From a virus (taxonomy: Duplodnaviria; Heunggongvirae; Uroviricota; Caudoviricetes), in the IMG/VR virus record IMGVR_UViG_3300042691_005779: 35,456 nucleotides of DNA. The stretch is one strand, 5' to 3'. Under the pieces are notes generated by a model, which saw only the letters and a program-made list of their open reading frames with translations, made no database searches and was not told where the DNA came from. This document shows, in pieces, positions 1 through 8,469 of the stretch. Position 1 is the first letter of the stretch, and every line of letters starts with the position of its first letter. Position numbers and translations under genes: made by a program.

Positions 1-2
1 TT

Positions 3-146
3 ACATTCAAGGACATTAAGTATGACCTAGAAGAGTTCAAACAAATGATTGTAGACAATGAAGAGTTCCAAAATGAAATTAAGGAAGCTATCATTAACAA
101 GATTAACAACGTTGAATTAAAAGTTGAAGAACATGTTGAAGATTAA
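3..146 (+). CDS. C-terminal fragment of an upstream gene, truncated by the window (acidic helical end, possibly RecA/UvsX-like)
   Basis: Frame is open from base 3 to TAA at 144-146 (TFKDIKYDLEEFKQMIVDNEEFQNEIKEAIINKINNVELKVEEHVED) and overlaps the dUTPase start. The RecA-like idea is only a weak impression. Confidence 0.5.
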   Translation, partial: TFKDIKYDLEEFKQMIVDNEEFQNEIKEAIINKINNVELKVEEHVED

Positions 147-573
147 ATTTCAAAAGCTAACAGAAGATGCTCGCATGCCTTTTAAAGGTAGCGAGCATGC
201 TGCTGCATATGATGTATATGCTCACAGCATAACAGGAAAAGAAGGTATGAAGATTGCTGTAGGACTAGGATTCAAAACAGAAATACCTAAAGGGTATAAA
301 GGAATCATTGTCCCACGCAGTAACTTAACTAAATTTAGTTGGGTCTTAAACAACTCTTTTGGTGTAATTGATGCTGATTACAGAGGTGAGTGGATGGCTA
401 TATTCACTCCTATTATCAATGGAGGACCTATACCAGAGTTTCCATATAGTGTAGGAGATAGAGTGGCACAAATTTACTTTGAAGAAGTTTTGCCTATATC
501 TTTTGAGATTGTTTCTGAATTAGAGCAATCAGAAAGAGGTGAGGGAGGCTTTGGCTCAACTGGTGTAAAATGA
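133..573 (+). CDS. dut: trimeric dUTPase
   Basis: All five dUTPase motifs are present: AAYDV, IVPRSNL, GVIDADYRGE, GDRVAQI, RGEGGFGSTG. ATG at 133 is preferred over TTG at 124. Confidence 0.95.
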   Translation: MLKIKFQKLTEDARMPFKGSEHAAAYDVYAHSITGKEGMKIAVGLGFKTEIPKGYKGIIVPRSNLTKFSWVLNNSFGVIDADYRGEWMAIFTPIINGGPIPEFPYSVGDRVAQIYFEEVLPISFEIVSELEQSERGEGGFGSTGVK

Positions 574-971
574 AATCACAATGTAAAACATGTGGTAAAA
601 ACTGTGAGGGAGAATACTGCTTCAAGCACAAACCTAGAAAAACTTTATCCTCTGCGAAAGGATTTAAAGTGAAGGTGCCTAAGAAACATCCCATAAATGA
701 CTTCAAGCCAATGCAAGAATTCTTCTTAAAGATATGGAAGAAAAAACTACATTATTCTGAAGTGAGCATGGACTATCTAGGTAAAGAGCCCTTGACAGTA
801 TTCTTTCATCACATCTTACCCAAAGAAAAGTATCCTCAGGCTGCATTTGATGAAGAAAATATCATACTTTTGACACTGGATGAGCATACCAATGTAGAAA
901 GTGATATGTACAGATATGAGGAAGTGAATAAAAGACGTGATAAATTAAAACAGAAGTATGAGATTAGCTGA
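570..971 (+). CDS. HNH-type nuclease, NinG/Rap-like, with N-terminal Zn finger
   Basis: N-terminal CxxC-x3-C-x4-CxxH; C-terminal FHHILPK...ENIILLTLDEH has His/Asn/His spacing typical of HNH domains. Confidence 0.6.
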   Translation: MKSQCKTCGKNCEGEYCFKHKPRKTLSSAKGFKVKVPKKHPINDFKPMQEFFLKIWKKKLHYSEVSMDYLGKEPLTVFFHHILPKEKYPQAAFDEENIILLTLDEHTNVESDMYRYEEVNKRRDKLKQKYEIS

Positions 972-1404
972 GGGATTAATAGTGGGTGTATCATTAATAC
1001 TTATGATAGCTACGTCTATCTGGGTGGCAGGTGAGAAGGTACCAAAGTCTTACAAGACATACACAATTCCTGCTGGTACATTTGATCTAGATGTACAAAT
1101 CATTGTTACAGAAGACACAGCGTTTGCTGTTAAGTATATAAATGAAAACTTTGATAGCACTATCAAAGCTTCTGATTTAGATGCTAGGGCTGTAACGTTT
1201 GGTACAATTGATGGTAAACCTCCTATTATATGGTTTTCAGATATTGAGGATTCATCTGTTGTACAACATGAATTACTCCATGTAACAATAGACATGATGA
1301 AATGGGCAGGTATTGAGCTAAATGAACATACAGAAGAGATATACACCTATCAGTTACAATACTTAACAAAACAATTTTACAACCAAATAAATCAAAACAA
1401 ATGA
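958..1404 (+). CDS. membrane-anchored HExxH protein (metallopeptidase-like)
   Basis: Hydrophobic N-terminal segment; QHELLH followed about 15 aa later by TEEIYTY. Confidence 0.55.
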   Translation: MRLAEGLIVGVSLILMIATSIWVAGEKVPKSYKTYTIPAGTFDLDVQIIVTEDTAFAVKYINENFDSTIKASDLDARAVTFGTIDGKPPIIWFSDIEDSSVVQHELLHVTIDMMKWAGIELNEHTEEIYTYQLQYLTKQFYNQINQNK

Positions 1405-1664
1405 GTTTATTCTTTTACACAAGAACAATGGATGGTAAATCCTTTACAGAGAGTTTTAACCTAAACAAGGTTGTACGTTCAGTACAAATGGAAGATGGTG
1501 CATTGTTAATCTTATTAGATGACTTGCACGAGCGTGCTAGAGATGTACAAGCTCCAAACCTCAAGACAAACAAATTAGAAGTGAAGAGAGTGAGAGAAAC
1601 ATTCCAGTCTGAAATCTATTTAGAAGGAGAAGACATTACAAGATTTAACAATTTAAACAAATAA
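1401..1664 (+). CDS. hypothetical protein
   Basis: 87-aa ORF overlapping or abutting both neighbours in the operon. Confidence 0.7.
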   Translation: MSLFFYTRTMDGKSFTESFNLNKVVRSVQMEDGALLILLDDLHERARDVQAPNLKTNKLEVKRVRETFQSEIYLEGEDITRFNNLNK

Positions 1665-1666
1665 TC

Positions 1667-1954
1667 ATGCCAAAGTTATTAGGAAACAGAGTCCTATTAG
1701 AGATGCCTCCACAAGATGATAGTAGCAAACTTATTGTGGACGAGAACACAAAAGAAGCATTACAAAGAGAATTGCTTAACAAGATGTCTAAACTAAAGGT
1801 GCTACAAGTGGGCACTATTGTTACAGAAATCAAAGAAGGAGATATTGTATTAGTAGATCCAGCAGCTTTAAACAAAGCTACATTGGTTCCCATCAATGAT
1901 AAGGATGAACGTGCAATATTAGTATCACCATTTGATATCATTCAAGTGTGGTAA
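1667..1954 (+). CDS. groES: GroES-like co-chaperonin
   Basis: 95 aa; KLLGNRVLLE (compare the PLGDRVLV motif) and KVLQVG...IKEGDIVLV. Confidence 0.7.
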   Translation: MPKLLGNRVLLEMPPQDDSSKLIVDENTKEALQRELLNKMSKLKVLQVGTIVTEIKEGDIVLVDPAALNKATLVPINDKDERAILVSPFDIIQVW

Positions 1955-2742
1955 CTAAAGATTATATAATGCCCCTATTAGGAGGCAGGTTGGGTAACAA
2001 CTTGTTTATGATAGCTCACGCTCTTGCAAAAGGACTTGACTATAATAAGCAGGTTGTTATTTACAGACCTCATGTAATCTATCATGGCAATGACTATTCA
2101 CAAAACATATTTCGTGAGTTAAAGTTTATAGACTCTTACAAAGACAATAGAAACTATAACTTAGAAGTTCCTTCAGATGATAAACCAACATACTATTTTG
2201 GTTATTATCAAAGTGAAAGTTACTTTGAGAAGTATAGTGAAGGGATTAAACGTTTGTTTGGTCCTCCACAAGATTTTGTAGAAAGGATTATTAATGAACT
2301 ACCTCATCTACATAAGAAGATTGTTACAGTGATTAATGTACGTAGAGGTGACTATCTAAACTCTCCTAATTACCACCCAGTGGTCACACCAGAATACATA
2401 TACAAAGCTATTGAGAAAATACCTGATACAGAGATGTTTCTAATAGCTAGTGATGATATTGAATGGTGTAAAGAAAATATACAGCTGCCCAACATGTTCT
2501 TCTTAGAAGGATATAAACCAGAGGAACAGCTGTGGATTTTATCAATGTGTCAAAACTTTGTACTATCCAATAGCTCATTTAGTTGGTGGGCTGCCTATCT
2601 ATGCAAAAACCCTAACAAGATTGTTGTGGCACCTGAGACCTGGTTTGGTCCAGAGTATCCTCATCTGTGGGATTCAATGTATTGTAAGGATTGGATAATT
2701 TTACCCACCTATTTTGAAAGAGGACTAATAATACCAAAATGA
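1948..2742 (+). CDS. GT11 alpha-1,2-fucosyltransferase-like protein
   Basis: GT11 motifs GRLGNNLF, INVRRGDY, IASDDIEWCKEN and SNSSFSWWAAYL. Start is GTG 1948 or ATG 1969. Confidence 0.85.
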   Translation: MVTKDYIMPLLGGRLGNNLFMIAHALAKGLDYNKQVVIYRPHVIYHGNDYSQNIFRELKFIDSYKDNRNYNLEVPSDDKPTYYFGYYQSESYFEKYSEGIKRLFGPPQDFVERIINELPHLHKKIVTVINVRRGDYLNSPNYHPVVTPEYIYKAIEKIPDTEMFLIASDDIEWCKENIQLPNMFFLEGYKPEEQLWILSMCQNFVLSNSSFSWWAAYLCKNPNKIVVAPETWFGPEYPHLWDSMYCKDWIILPTYFERGLIIPK

Positions 2743-3413
2743 TAAGCGTACTAACAATCACATACAAAAGACACCACTTGCTTGAAGAAGCTGTGGAGTC
2801 TTTCATTAGACAAAACCCTATACCTGATGCTGAGATGGTTGTTGTAAATGATAATCCTGAAGTGGATTATGTTTACGATCATCCTGCTATACGTATATTC
2901 AACCTTAAAGAAAGGTTTCCTTCTATAGCTGCTAAGCTTAAGTGGGGAGCTAAAGCCTGTAAGAATGACTTTATTTATAGATTAGATGATGATGATCTAT
3001 TAGCCCCTAATGCAATCAGTGATGCTACAATGGGAATAATATTAAATAGTGGATATGAAATCTACAGAAGTAAAGACCACTATTTCTTTGTAGACAACAA
3101 GTTCCAGAACATGAGTTCTAACATAAACAATGGAAACATCTACACTAAGAGTTACTTAGATAGAATCACATGGCCTGATAAATCAGGAGATGAAGATGCT
3201 GATATTACATTTGCACACCATGCTAGGATATACGAAGGTTTGCCTACAACAATGATATATAGATGGGGCATGGGTACATTGCACATCTCTGGCATGGGCA
3301 TACAACCTAATGATGTAATCTTAGCTCAGGCAGATAATGTATTAGATGATACAAAAGGAACTATTGTTTTACAACCTAACTTTTTAAATGATTACTATGG
3401 ACAGATTAACTGA
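2739..3413 (+). CDS. GT2-family (GT-A) glycosyltransferase
   Basis: ISVLTITYKR...VESFIRQ...MVVVND and YRLDDDD (DxD). Confidence 0.85.
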   Translation: MISVLTITYKRHHLLEEAVESFIRQNPIPDAEMVVVNDNPEVDYVYDHPAIRIFNLKERFPSIAAKLKWGAKACKNDFIYRLDDDDLLAPNAISDATMGIILNSGYEIYRSKDHYFFVDNKFQNMSSNINNGNIYTKSYLDRITWPDKSGDEDADITFAHHARIYEGLPTTMIYRWGMGTLHISGMGIQPNDVILAQADNVLDDTKGTIVLQPNFLNDYYGQIN

Positions 3414-3948
3414 GATAGCAAATAGAATAGGTACAGATAAAGGAACCATGGATTATGGCCATCATTACACTGTGTTCTATCATGAACTATTGGACGAGCT
3501 GTCTAAGAAACATATAAAAATGTTAGAGATAGGTGTAGCAGATCCTAGATTCCCTGGAGCATCTCTTAAGATGTGGAATGAATATTTTCCTGATATTGAG
3601 CTTATAGGATATGATATTAATCCAGATGCAAAACAATTTGAAAAAGAAAATGTATCTGTATTCATTGGAGATCAAAATAACCCTGCACATCTAGAGGAAT
3701 GTGTAAAGACCTATGGAGGAGACTTTGATATAATTGTTGATGATGGGTCTCACTATGGTGAACATATAGTTACAAGCTTCAAAACATTATATCCATATCT
3801 AAAAGAAGGTGGTATATACATCATTGAAGATTTACATGCTGCACAGCTAGATGAATATAAAATGATTGAAGATATAAAAGCACTCAACTATGAGTCAAAA
3901 CAATTCTATCAAACACATCATAACAAACTGCTAATTATAGTTAAATAA
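3397..3948 (+). CDS. class I SAM-dependent methyltransferase (sugar O-methyltransferase-like)
   Basis: TDKG..HHY, MLEIGV, GYDIN, GDQ and DIIVDDGSH. Start is ATG 3397 (alternative 3388). Confidence 0.8.
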   Translation: MDRLTEIANRIGTDKGTMDYGHHYTVFYHELLDELSKKHIKMLEIGVADPRFPGASLKMWNEYFPDIELIGYDINPDAKQFEKENVSVFIGDQNNPAHLEECVKTYGGDFDIIVDDGSHYGEHIVTSFKTLYPYLKEGGIYIIEDLHAAQLDEYKMIEDIKALNYESKQFYQTHHNKLLIIVK

Positions 3949-3985
3949 AAAAAGCCCTCCATTTCTGGGGGGCTTTTCTTTTATT
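3946..3985. terminator. bidirectional rho-independent terminator
   Basis: AAAAGCCCTCC-ATTTCT-GGGGGGCTTTT hairpin (one G-T pair), with an A-tract on the left and a T-tract on the right, between convergent stops at 3948 and 3981. Confidence 0.85.
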
Positions 3986-4121
3986 TTGACAACCTCTTTT
4001 GTTTAAGAGGCCACATTTTACTTTTCAGTCTAAGCTTTGTGTCAGCTTCCTTCATATAATTACCATTGATTGGTTTAGGAGGAGCCACCTTTGGAGCTTT
4101 TTTAGGTTTACCTGATTTCAT
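3981..4121 (-). CDS. 46-aa Lys/Pro-rich protein (absent from ORF track)
   Basis: Hand translation: MKSGKPKKAPKVAPPKPINGNYMKEADTKLRLKSKMWPLKQKRLSK. TAATG overlap with the upstream gene; stop abuts the terminator. Confidence 0.75.
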   Translation of the reverse strand: MKSGKPKKAPKVAPPKPINGNYMKEADTKLRLKSKMWPLKQKRLSK

Positions 4122-4768
4122 TAGCAACCATTTTTACATTTACCCATAGATTTACCATACTTAGCTTTTACTAGGCCTACAGCTTTTGTAGCTTTACCTT
4201 TGGTGTTCTTACCAATTACACCTTTGTAAGAACCTAACTGACTAGATACAGTGCCACCAGACTTTAATTTCTTAGCAACTTTTTTAACAACCTTCTTACC
4301 AGACTTAGCTAGCTTCTTAGCACCTGCAATTCTATCTGCTTGTGTAGGGTTAGGGTTTTTGTCAATACCAGCTTTTACTGATAGCATACCAAATGCTCCA
4401 CCAGCTTTAGCTTTCTTTACTAACTTACCACCATCTTTTTTCTTCTGTACATATTTCTTTTCAAAGTCTCCTTTACTCATGTAAGTAGTATCGCCTTTGT
4501 TAACTGTAGCATATTTCTTAGTGCCTTCGCCAACAGCCATAGGTTTATCTACACGAGGTTTGAGTTCACCACGAGCAATTTTGTTCATTGTTTCCATCAT
4601 TTCCTCTCTAGTATAAGGCTTAGTGGTATCTGAAGCTTGTCTTTTCTTTAAAAAAGCTGCAACTCTAGGGTCCATGGGTGCACCACTACTTTTAAAAATT
4701 GATCCATTAGTAGTACTGTCAGAAGTTGATCCTTTTCCACCACCTTGGTATTTTTTCATCTTTTTCAT
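4121..4768 (-). CDS. Lys-rich basic protein with multiple K-x-x-x-x-G(G) motifs
   Basis: KKYQGG, KKKDGG, KKAKAGG, KLAKSG, KKLKSGG, VKAKYG. Confidence 0.8.
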   Translation of the reverse strand: MKKMKKYQGGGKGSTSDSTTNGSIFKSSGAPMDPRVAAFLKKRQASDTTKPYTREEMMETMNKIARGELKPRVDKPMAVGEGTKKYATVNKGDTTYMSKGDFEKKYVQKKKDGGKLVKKAKAGGAFGMLSVKAGIDKNPNPTQADRIAGAKKLAKSGKKVVKKVAKKLKSGGTVSSQLGSYKGVIGKNTKGKATKAVGLVKAKYGKSMGKCKNGC

Positions 4769-4789
4769 TTTAATTATTTTTATTTTAGA

Positions 4790-5203
4790 TTAACATTTCC
4801 ATTTACGTAAAGACTTATTAATCCTACTGTTAGGATCATTAGCTGTCTTAGAGCTTGTAAGTTTCTTTTTCATACCTGACATTCTAGCACAGAATGATTT
4901 CTTTCTAGGACCACCTTCAGGTTGTGGAGCTTTAAGACCAGGCTTACCTGGATTAGCTCTGTTGTAAGATGCTCTTCCTTTTGCATTGAGACCACCAGAA
5001 GGATTCTTTCCTTCCTTGCGTTGCCAAGCAGGTGAACTACCACCAGACTTCATAACTTTTTTAGCTGGAGACTTGCTTATTTCACTAGCTGATTGTTTAG
5101 CTGATGCTTTAGCTGCTTCAGTCAATGCTGATCTTTTCATAGCATCATACTTTTTTACAGCTGCTAATTCTTTACCACCTTGAGCTTTCTTAATCCTAGC
5201 CAT
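4790..5203 (-). CDS. basic protein with DUF6321-like C-terminal domain
   Basis: AWQRKEGKNPSGGLNAKGRASYN...KSFCARM...SRINKSLRKWKC resembles the phage DUF6321 family as I recall it; N-terminus is MARIKKAQGG. Confidence 0.75.
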   Translation of the reverse strand: MARIKKAQGGKELAAVKKYDAMKRSALTEAAKASAKQSASEISKSPAKKVMKSGGSSPAWQRKEGKNPSGGLNAKGRASYNRANPGKPGLKAPQPEGGPRKKSFCARMSGMKKKLTSSKTANDPNSRINKSLRKWKC

Positions 5204-5205
5204 AG

Positions 5206-5631
5206 CTATTTCTTTTTACCTTTGTATTTATAATCAGGGTTATCTTTATGCCACTTCTTTGTAGAAGCAACACCCTGTTTAACAGTTTTTGCTCTACCTA
5301 TCTTTGTAAGATCTATAGTGTCCCATTTACCTTTGTCTTTGGTAGGGTGGTTAACCATAATGTTACCCTTCTTACCCTTACCAACACCTGTAGGACTAGT
5401 CTTCTTGTATACTACGTGCTTCTCTCCGCCAGCCATAACTGTCACCTTACCACCTTTTTTAAGTGTAGACCCTTTGAAAGGACCTTTCTTCTTAATTAAT
5501 GGGCCATTGGGAACAGGTGTTATAGCACCTTTGATAGCAGGAAGTGTATCTCCATTTCTAAGAACTCCTTTACCTACATAGGCTTCAGCCTTCTGTGGGT
5601 TATAAACTTTTGTCTTAGGAATTCTAGGCAT
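5206..5631 (-). CDS. Lys-rich basic protein
   Basis: 141 aa; internal TLKKGG; TAACATG coupling to the upstream gene. Confidence 0.8.
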   Translation of the reverse strand: MPRIPKTKVYNPQKAEAYVGKGVLRNGDTLPAIKGAITPVPNGPLIKKKGPFKGSTLKKGGKVTVMAGGEKHVVYKKTSPTGVGKGKKGNIMVNHPTKDKGKWDTIDLTKIGRAKTVKQGVASTKKWHKDNPDYKYKGKKK

Positions 5632-5632
5632 G

Positions 5633-5794
5633 TTATTTACCTTTACGCTTTGCAGCTATTTTCTTGAATGTTTTAGCAAGAGCTTTGGCCTTACCTGTAC
5701 AACCAGGTTTGGTGATAGGGGTGCATTTACCTTCTGTGCCTCTACGTTTAATAGAAGCAGAAGCTTTCTGCATCCACTTTTTATCTGTAGCCAT
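5633..5794 (-). CDS. 53-aa basic protein
   Basis: Start reassigned to ATG 5794 (MATDKKWMQKASASIKRRGTEGKCTPITKPGCTGKAKALAKTFKKIAAKRKGK), 1 nt after the upstream TAA. Confidence 0.8.
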   Translation of the reverse strand: MATDKKWMQKASASIKRRGTEGKCTPITKPGCTGKAKALAKTFKKIAAKRKGK

Positions 5795-5795
5795 A

Positions 5796-6020
5796 TTATT
5801 TCTTTTTAGCAGATTTCTTAACCATCTTACCAGCTTTAGCCTTAGGCTTAACAGGTTTAGGGGCAGGTTTAGCATACTTACCTTTACCAGCTTGCTTATC
5901 TAGAGCATCAGCCATCTTAGTAGCACGTGCATCTCTATCAGCTTTCTTAATCATCTTGCCTGGTTTCATTTCACTAGGAACCACCTTGTCACCACCTTGA
6001 GCTTTCTTAATCATTTTCAT
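5796..6020 (-). CDS. 74-aa Lys-rich basic protein
   Basis: MKMIKKAQGG N-terminus, KAKAGK, KKK C-terminus. Confidence 0.8.
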   Translation of the reverse strand: MKMIKKAQGGDKVVPSEMKPGKMIKKADRDARATKMADALDKQAGKGKYAKPAPKPVKPKAKAGKMVKKSAKKK

Positions 6021-6021
6021 G

Positions 6022-6360
6022 TTATTTCTTTTTAGAAGATTTTAACTTAGGAGCCATTTCACCACTGCGTTTTTCTATTAATTCAGACTCACGCTTTAAT
6101 GCTGCATTTCTGAAACTTGCTGGATTCATTTCTTTATACGCAGGTGTTTTCTTGTCAAGACCATAAGACTTTTCAGAACGTCCCATACTAGTGGCACCAA
6201 GTTCTTTATCTTTCTTTAACTTAGGAGTCATTCTAGCATTTGCTAGTGTAGCCTCTTGAACTTTAGTCCAAGCACCATTAGGATCCACAGGACCTACACG
6301 CTTGTCAGAAGCTTTTAATCCTGACAGACTGCCCATACCAGCTTTTTTAATCTTTGCCAT
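6022..6360 (-). CDS. Lys-rich basic protein
   Basis: MAKIKKAGMG N-terminus; TAATG overlap with the upstream gene. Confidence 0.8.
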   Translation of the reverse strand: MAKIKKAGMGSLSGLKASDKRVGPVDPNGAWTKVQEATLANARMTPKLKKDKELGATSMGRSEKSYGLDKKTPAYKEMNPASFRNAALKRESELIEKRSGEMAPKLKSSKKK

Positions 6361-6944
6361 TATTTTTTAGTTTTAGCTTTTATTTTCTTTTCTTGTTTCA
6401 ACATAGCAGCTGTAGGCTTCTTTCCAGATCCTTTAGCAGCCCTGATATTATCCCAAAGTCCTCTTTGAGAGTATGAACCATCAGCACGCTTCAACATAGT
6501 CTTACCACCATTTTTATTCTGTGAGTAACCTTGTTGTTTATCTATTACACCCTTTTTTGATTGCTTAGCACTGCTGGCAATCTTTGTTGACTTTGAGCCA
6601 GCTGTGTTATAGAAGTCTTCTCTAGCACCTGAAAATCTTTCTGAGAAAGATGGTCTATCTTTTCCAGGACCAAGTTTTTCAGGAGGGTTTTCTCTATATC
6701 TTTGTTCTAACCCTGCAGCTTTACGTTGTGCGTTTCTTTCTGCAGAGATAGCATTTTTTTGTGCAGCAGGCATTCTACGAGTTATTTGTTTTGTGCCACC
6801 AACAATAGCTGCTTCTTTTGCTGCCTTTTCTCTTGCAACATTTAATAAACTTTTACTAAGTTGGTTTTCTGCAGAAGCCCCCATGTACTTACCTAATAGA
6901 CTTCTGACAATTCCACTCTGTGCCTTTTTAACTGCCTTTTTCAT
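6360..6944 (-). CDS. Lys/Ala-rich basic protein
   Basis: MKKAVKKAQSG N-terminus; NKNGG followed by a GLWDNIRAAKGSGKKPT module. Confidence 0.8.
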   Translation of the reverse strand: MKKAVKKAQSGIVRSLLGKYMGASAENQLSKSLLNVAREKAAKEAAIVGGTKQITRRMPAAQKNAISAERNAQRKAAGLEQRYRENPPEKLGPGKDRPSFSERFSGAREDFYNTAGSKSTKIASSAKQSKKGVIDKQQGYSQNKNGGKTMLKRADGSYSQRGLWDNIRAAKGSGKKPTAAMLKQEKKIKAKTKK

Positions 6945-7219
6945 TATAATGTATTTTTAGGAGTTTCTTCAACTTCTTTAACAATGCCTGCTTCTACACC
7001 TCTAGCAAGAACAGATTCTACAGCACCTGCTGCTCTGTCTGCTAAGAAGATAGCGTGTGCTTCTGGTGTATTTGTAATAGCACGTAAAGCATTTAAAATT
7101 AGACCAAACTCTCCTCCAGAGATGGTAAAGTTATGTTCTGTTGACCATGTATATTTCTTACTAGGGTCATAACTTGGGGCTTCATTAGCCACTTCTACTT
7201 CGTTGATTTGTTCTGACAT
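6944..7219 (-). CDS. hypothetical acidic protein
   Basis: 91 aa; first gene after the promoter at 7243-7274. Confidence 0.75.
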   Translation of the reverse strand: MSEQINEVEVANEAPSYDPSKKYTWSTEHNFTISGGEFGLILNALRAITNTPEAHAIFLADRAAGAVESVLARGVEAGIVKEVEETPKNTL

Positions 7220-7242
7220 ATATATAATTTTTGTTTTACCTA

Positions 7243-7274
7243 CAAAGATATGTATAATTTAGTTACTGTCCAAA
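7243..7274 (-). promoter_or_regulatory. Bacteroidota housekeeping sigma promoter (-33/-7)
   Basis: Minus strand TTTG (7271-7274), 20-nt spacer, TATCTTTG (7243-7250); 24 nt upstream of ATG 7219. Confidence 0.8.
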
Positions 7275-7549
7275 TTTATTTCAAACACAATGGTAGCAGA
7301 GCTTTTGATGCTTTTGCTTAGGTCCAGTTTGATATGGAATAGATTATGGAATTTTAATAGTTCTTCTAACAACATCTCATTGTACATAGGTACAGAGGCA
7401 GCCAATCTAAAATGGTAGGAGTGAGGATTTTTAGTTATCTCTAATGTAGAAAGCTCATCCACTGATGCAATAATTCCCTCGAGGTGAGCAAAATAAGCAA
7501 GTTCGTTATCTTGCATCACCTCTGGGAAGAATTTCTTGTTAATCTGCAT
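7259..7549 (-). CDS. hypothetical protein
   Basis: 96 aa; TAATG overlap with the Dps-like gene. Confidence 0.75.
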   Translation of the reverse strand: MQINKKFFPEVMQDNELAYFAHLEGIIASVDELSTLEITKNPHSYHFRLAASVPMYNEMLLEELLKFHNLFHIKLDLSKSIKSSATIVFEINLDSN

Positions 7550-7953
7550 TAAGACAAGGTTAATAAGTATTTAGTTTTTGCTGCTTCACCACTCAATGCA
7601 TCTGCTAGATTTGCTATATCGTGATAGTTGTTTGCTTCAGCATAGCTTTTTAATGAAGATGCAAAAGATAAAAGTTTTGACACACATTCATCCCCTGTAC
7701 AATTTGTAAGAGGTTCTATCTTATATGGAGCAGGACGTTTGCCTGTGTATCCCATAAGCTTCTCAATAACACCATCTTTGAAATCATGTACATAATCATA
7801 CAGTCCCCCTAAAGCTTGGTGCTCAGCATAACTCTTTGTTTGCCAATGAGTTAAGTGTAATTGCTCATGGAAATATGTAAGCTTCCCAGCTATTGTTTCC
7901 AAGTTTAATTCTCCTGATTTCATCATCTCATCAGGGAATAATGATTTTGCCAT
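7549..7953 (-). CDS. Dps/ferritin-like protein (DUF5856-like)
   Basis: QLHLTHWQTKSYAEHQALGGLYD...FKDGVIEKLMG matches the Dps H-W...H..L..xY.....D..xE ferroxidase pattern; ends with KYLLTL. Confidence 0.8.
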   Translation of the reverse strand: MAKSLFPDEMMKSGELNLETIAGKLTYFHEQLHLTHWQTKSYAEHQALGGLYDYVHDFKDGVIEKLMGYTGKRPAPYKIEPLTNCTGDECVSKLLSFASSLKSYAEANNYHDIANLADALSGEAAKTKYLLTLS

Positions 7954-7967
7954 TTATGTTGATTTTA

Positions 7968-8453
7968 TTATCCAGGATTAGTTGTAGTGGTAGTTGTAGT
8001 AACAGGTCTAGTTGTTGTAGTTGTTGTTGTAGGTGTTGCTGTAGTAGTGGTAGTAGTAGTTGTATTACTAAAACTTACTTCAGGATCAAAACTAGAACAC
8101 TCACAACCAGCTCCTGCTGTAATAACTGTTGTAGTTCCTGATGCATTTACTGCAGATATAGAACCAGTTACAGCACATATAGTAGCTACTAATAAGTTGG
8201 TACCAACTAAATTTACAGTTTGTGTGCTGTTGTCAACACCAGATCTGTAAGTGATAACACTTGATAGAGCACCTGAAGCAGTTGCTACAACTTGATAAGA
8301 GGTACCACCACTGTTGCACTCGTACCCTTGTACTTGTTGCCAGTTACCCACTTTTGGTTTGTTTCTTCTAAGGATTAAGCTCCCTGGAACTACTCTGCCA
8401 CTACCATCGTAGCGGACATAAGCTTTAAGATCACGATTGTTAATGCTTCCCAT
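7968..8453 (-). CDS. protein with poly-Thr C-terminal tail
   Basis: Ends NTTTTTTTTATPTTTTTTTRPVTTTTTTTNPG (23 Thr in 32 aa). Confidence 0.8.
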   Translation of the reverse strand: MGSINNRDLKAYVRYDGSGRVVPGSLILRRNKPKVGNWQQVQGYECNSGGTSYQVVATASGALSSVITYRSGVDNSTQTVNLVGTNLLVATICAVTGSISAVNASGTTTVITAGAGCECSSFDPEVSFSNTTTTTTTTATPTTTTTTTRPVTTTTTTTNPG

Positions 8454-8469
8454 TTTTTAATTTTTATGG

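Noticed and set aside
4251-5903. Plus-strand F/L/P-rich ORFs opposite the basic array
   Set aside because: Antisense shadows of Lys/Gly/Ala codons; no promoter or coupling supports them.
7893-8250. Poly-Val and poly-Cys/Ser plus-strand ORFs
   Set aside because: Reverse-complement readings of the poly-Thr tail.
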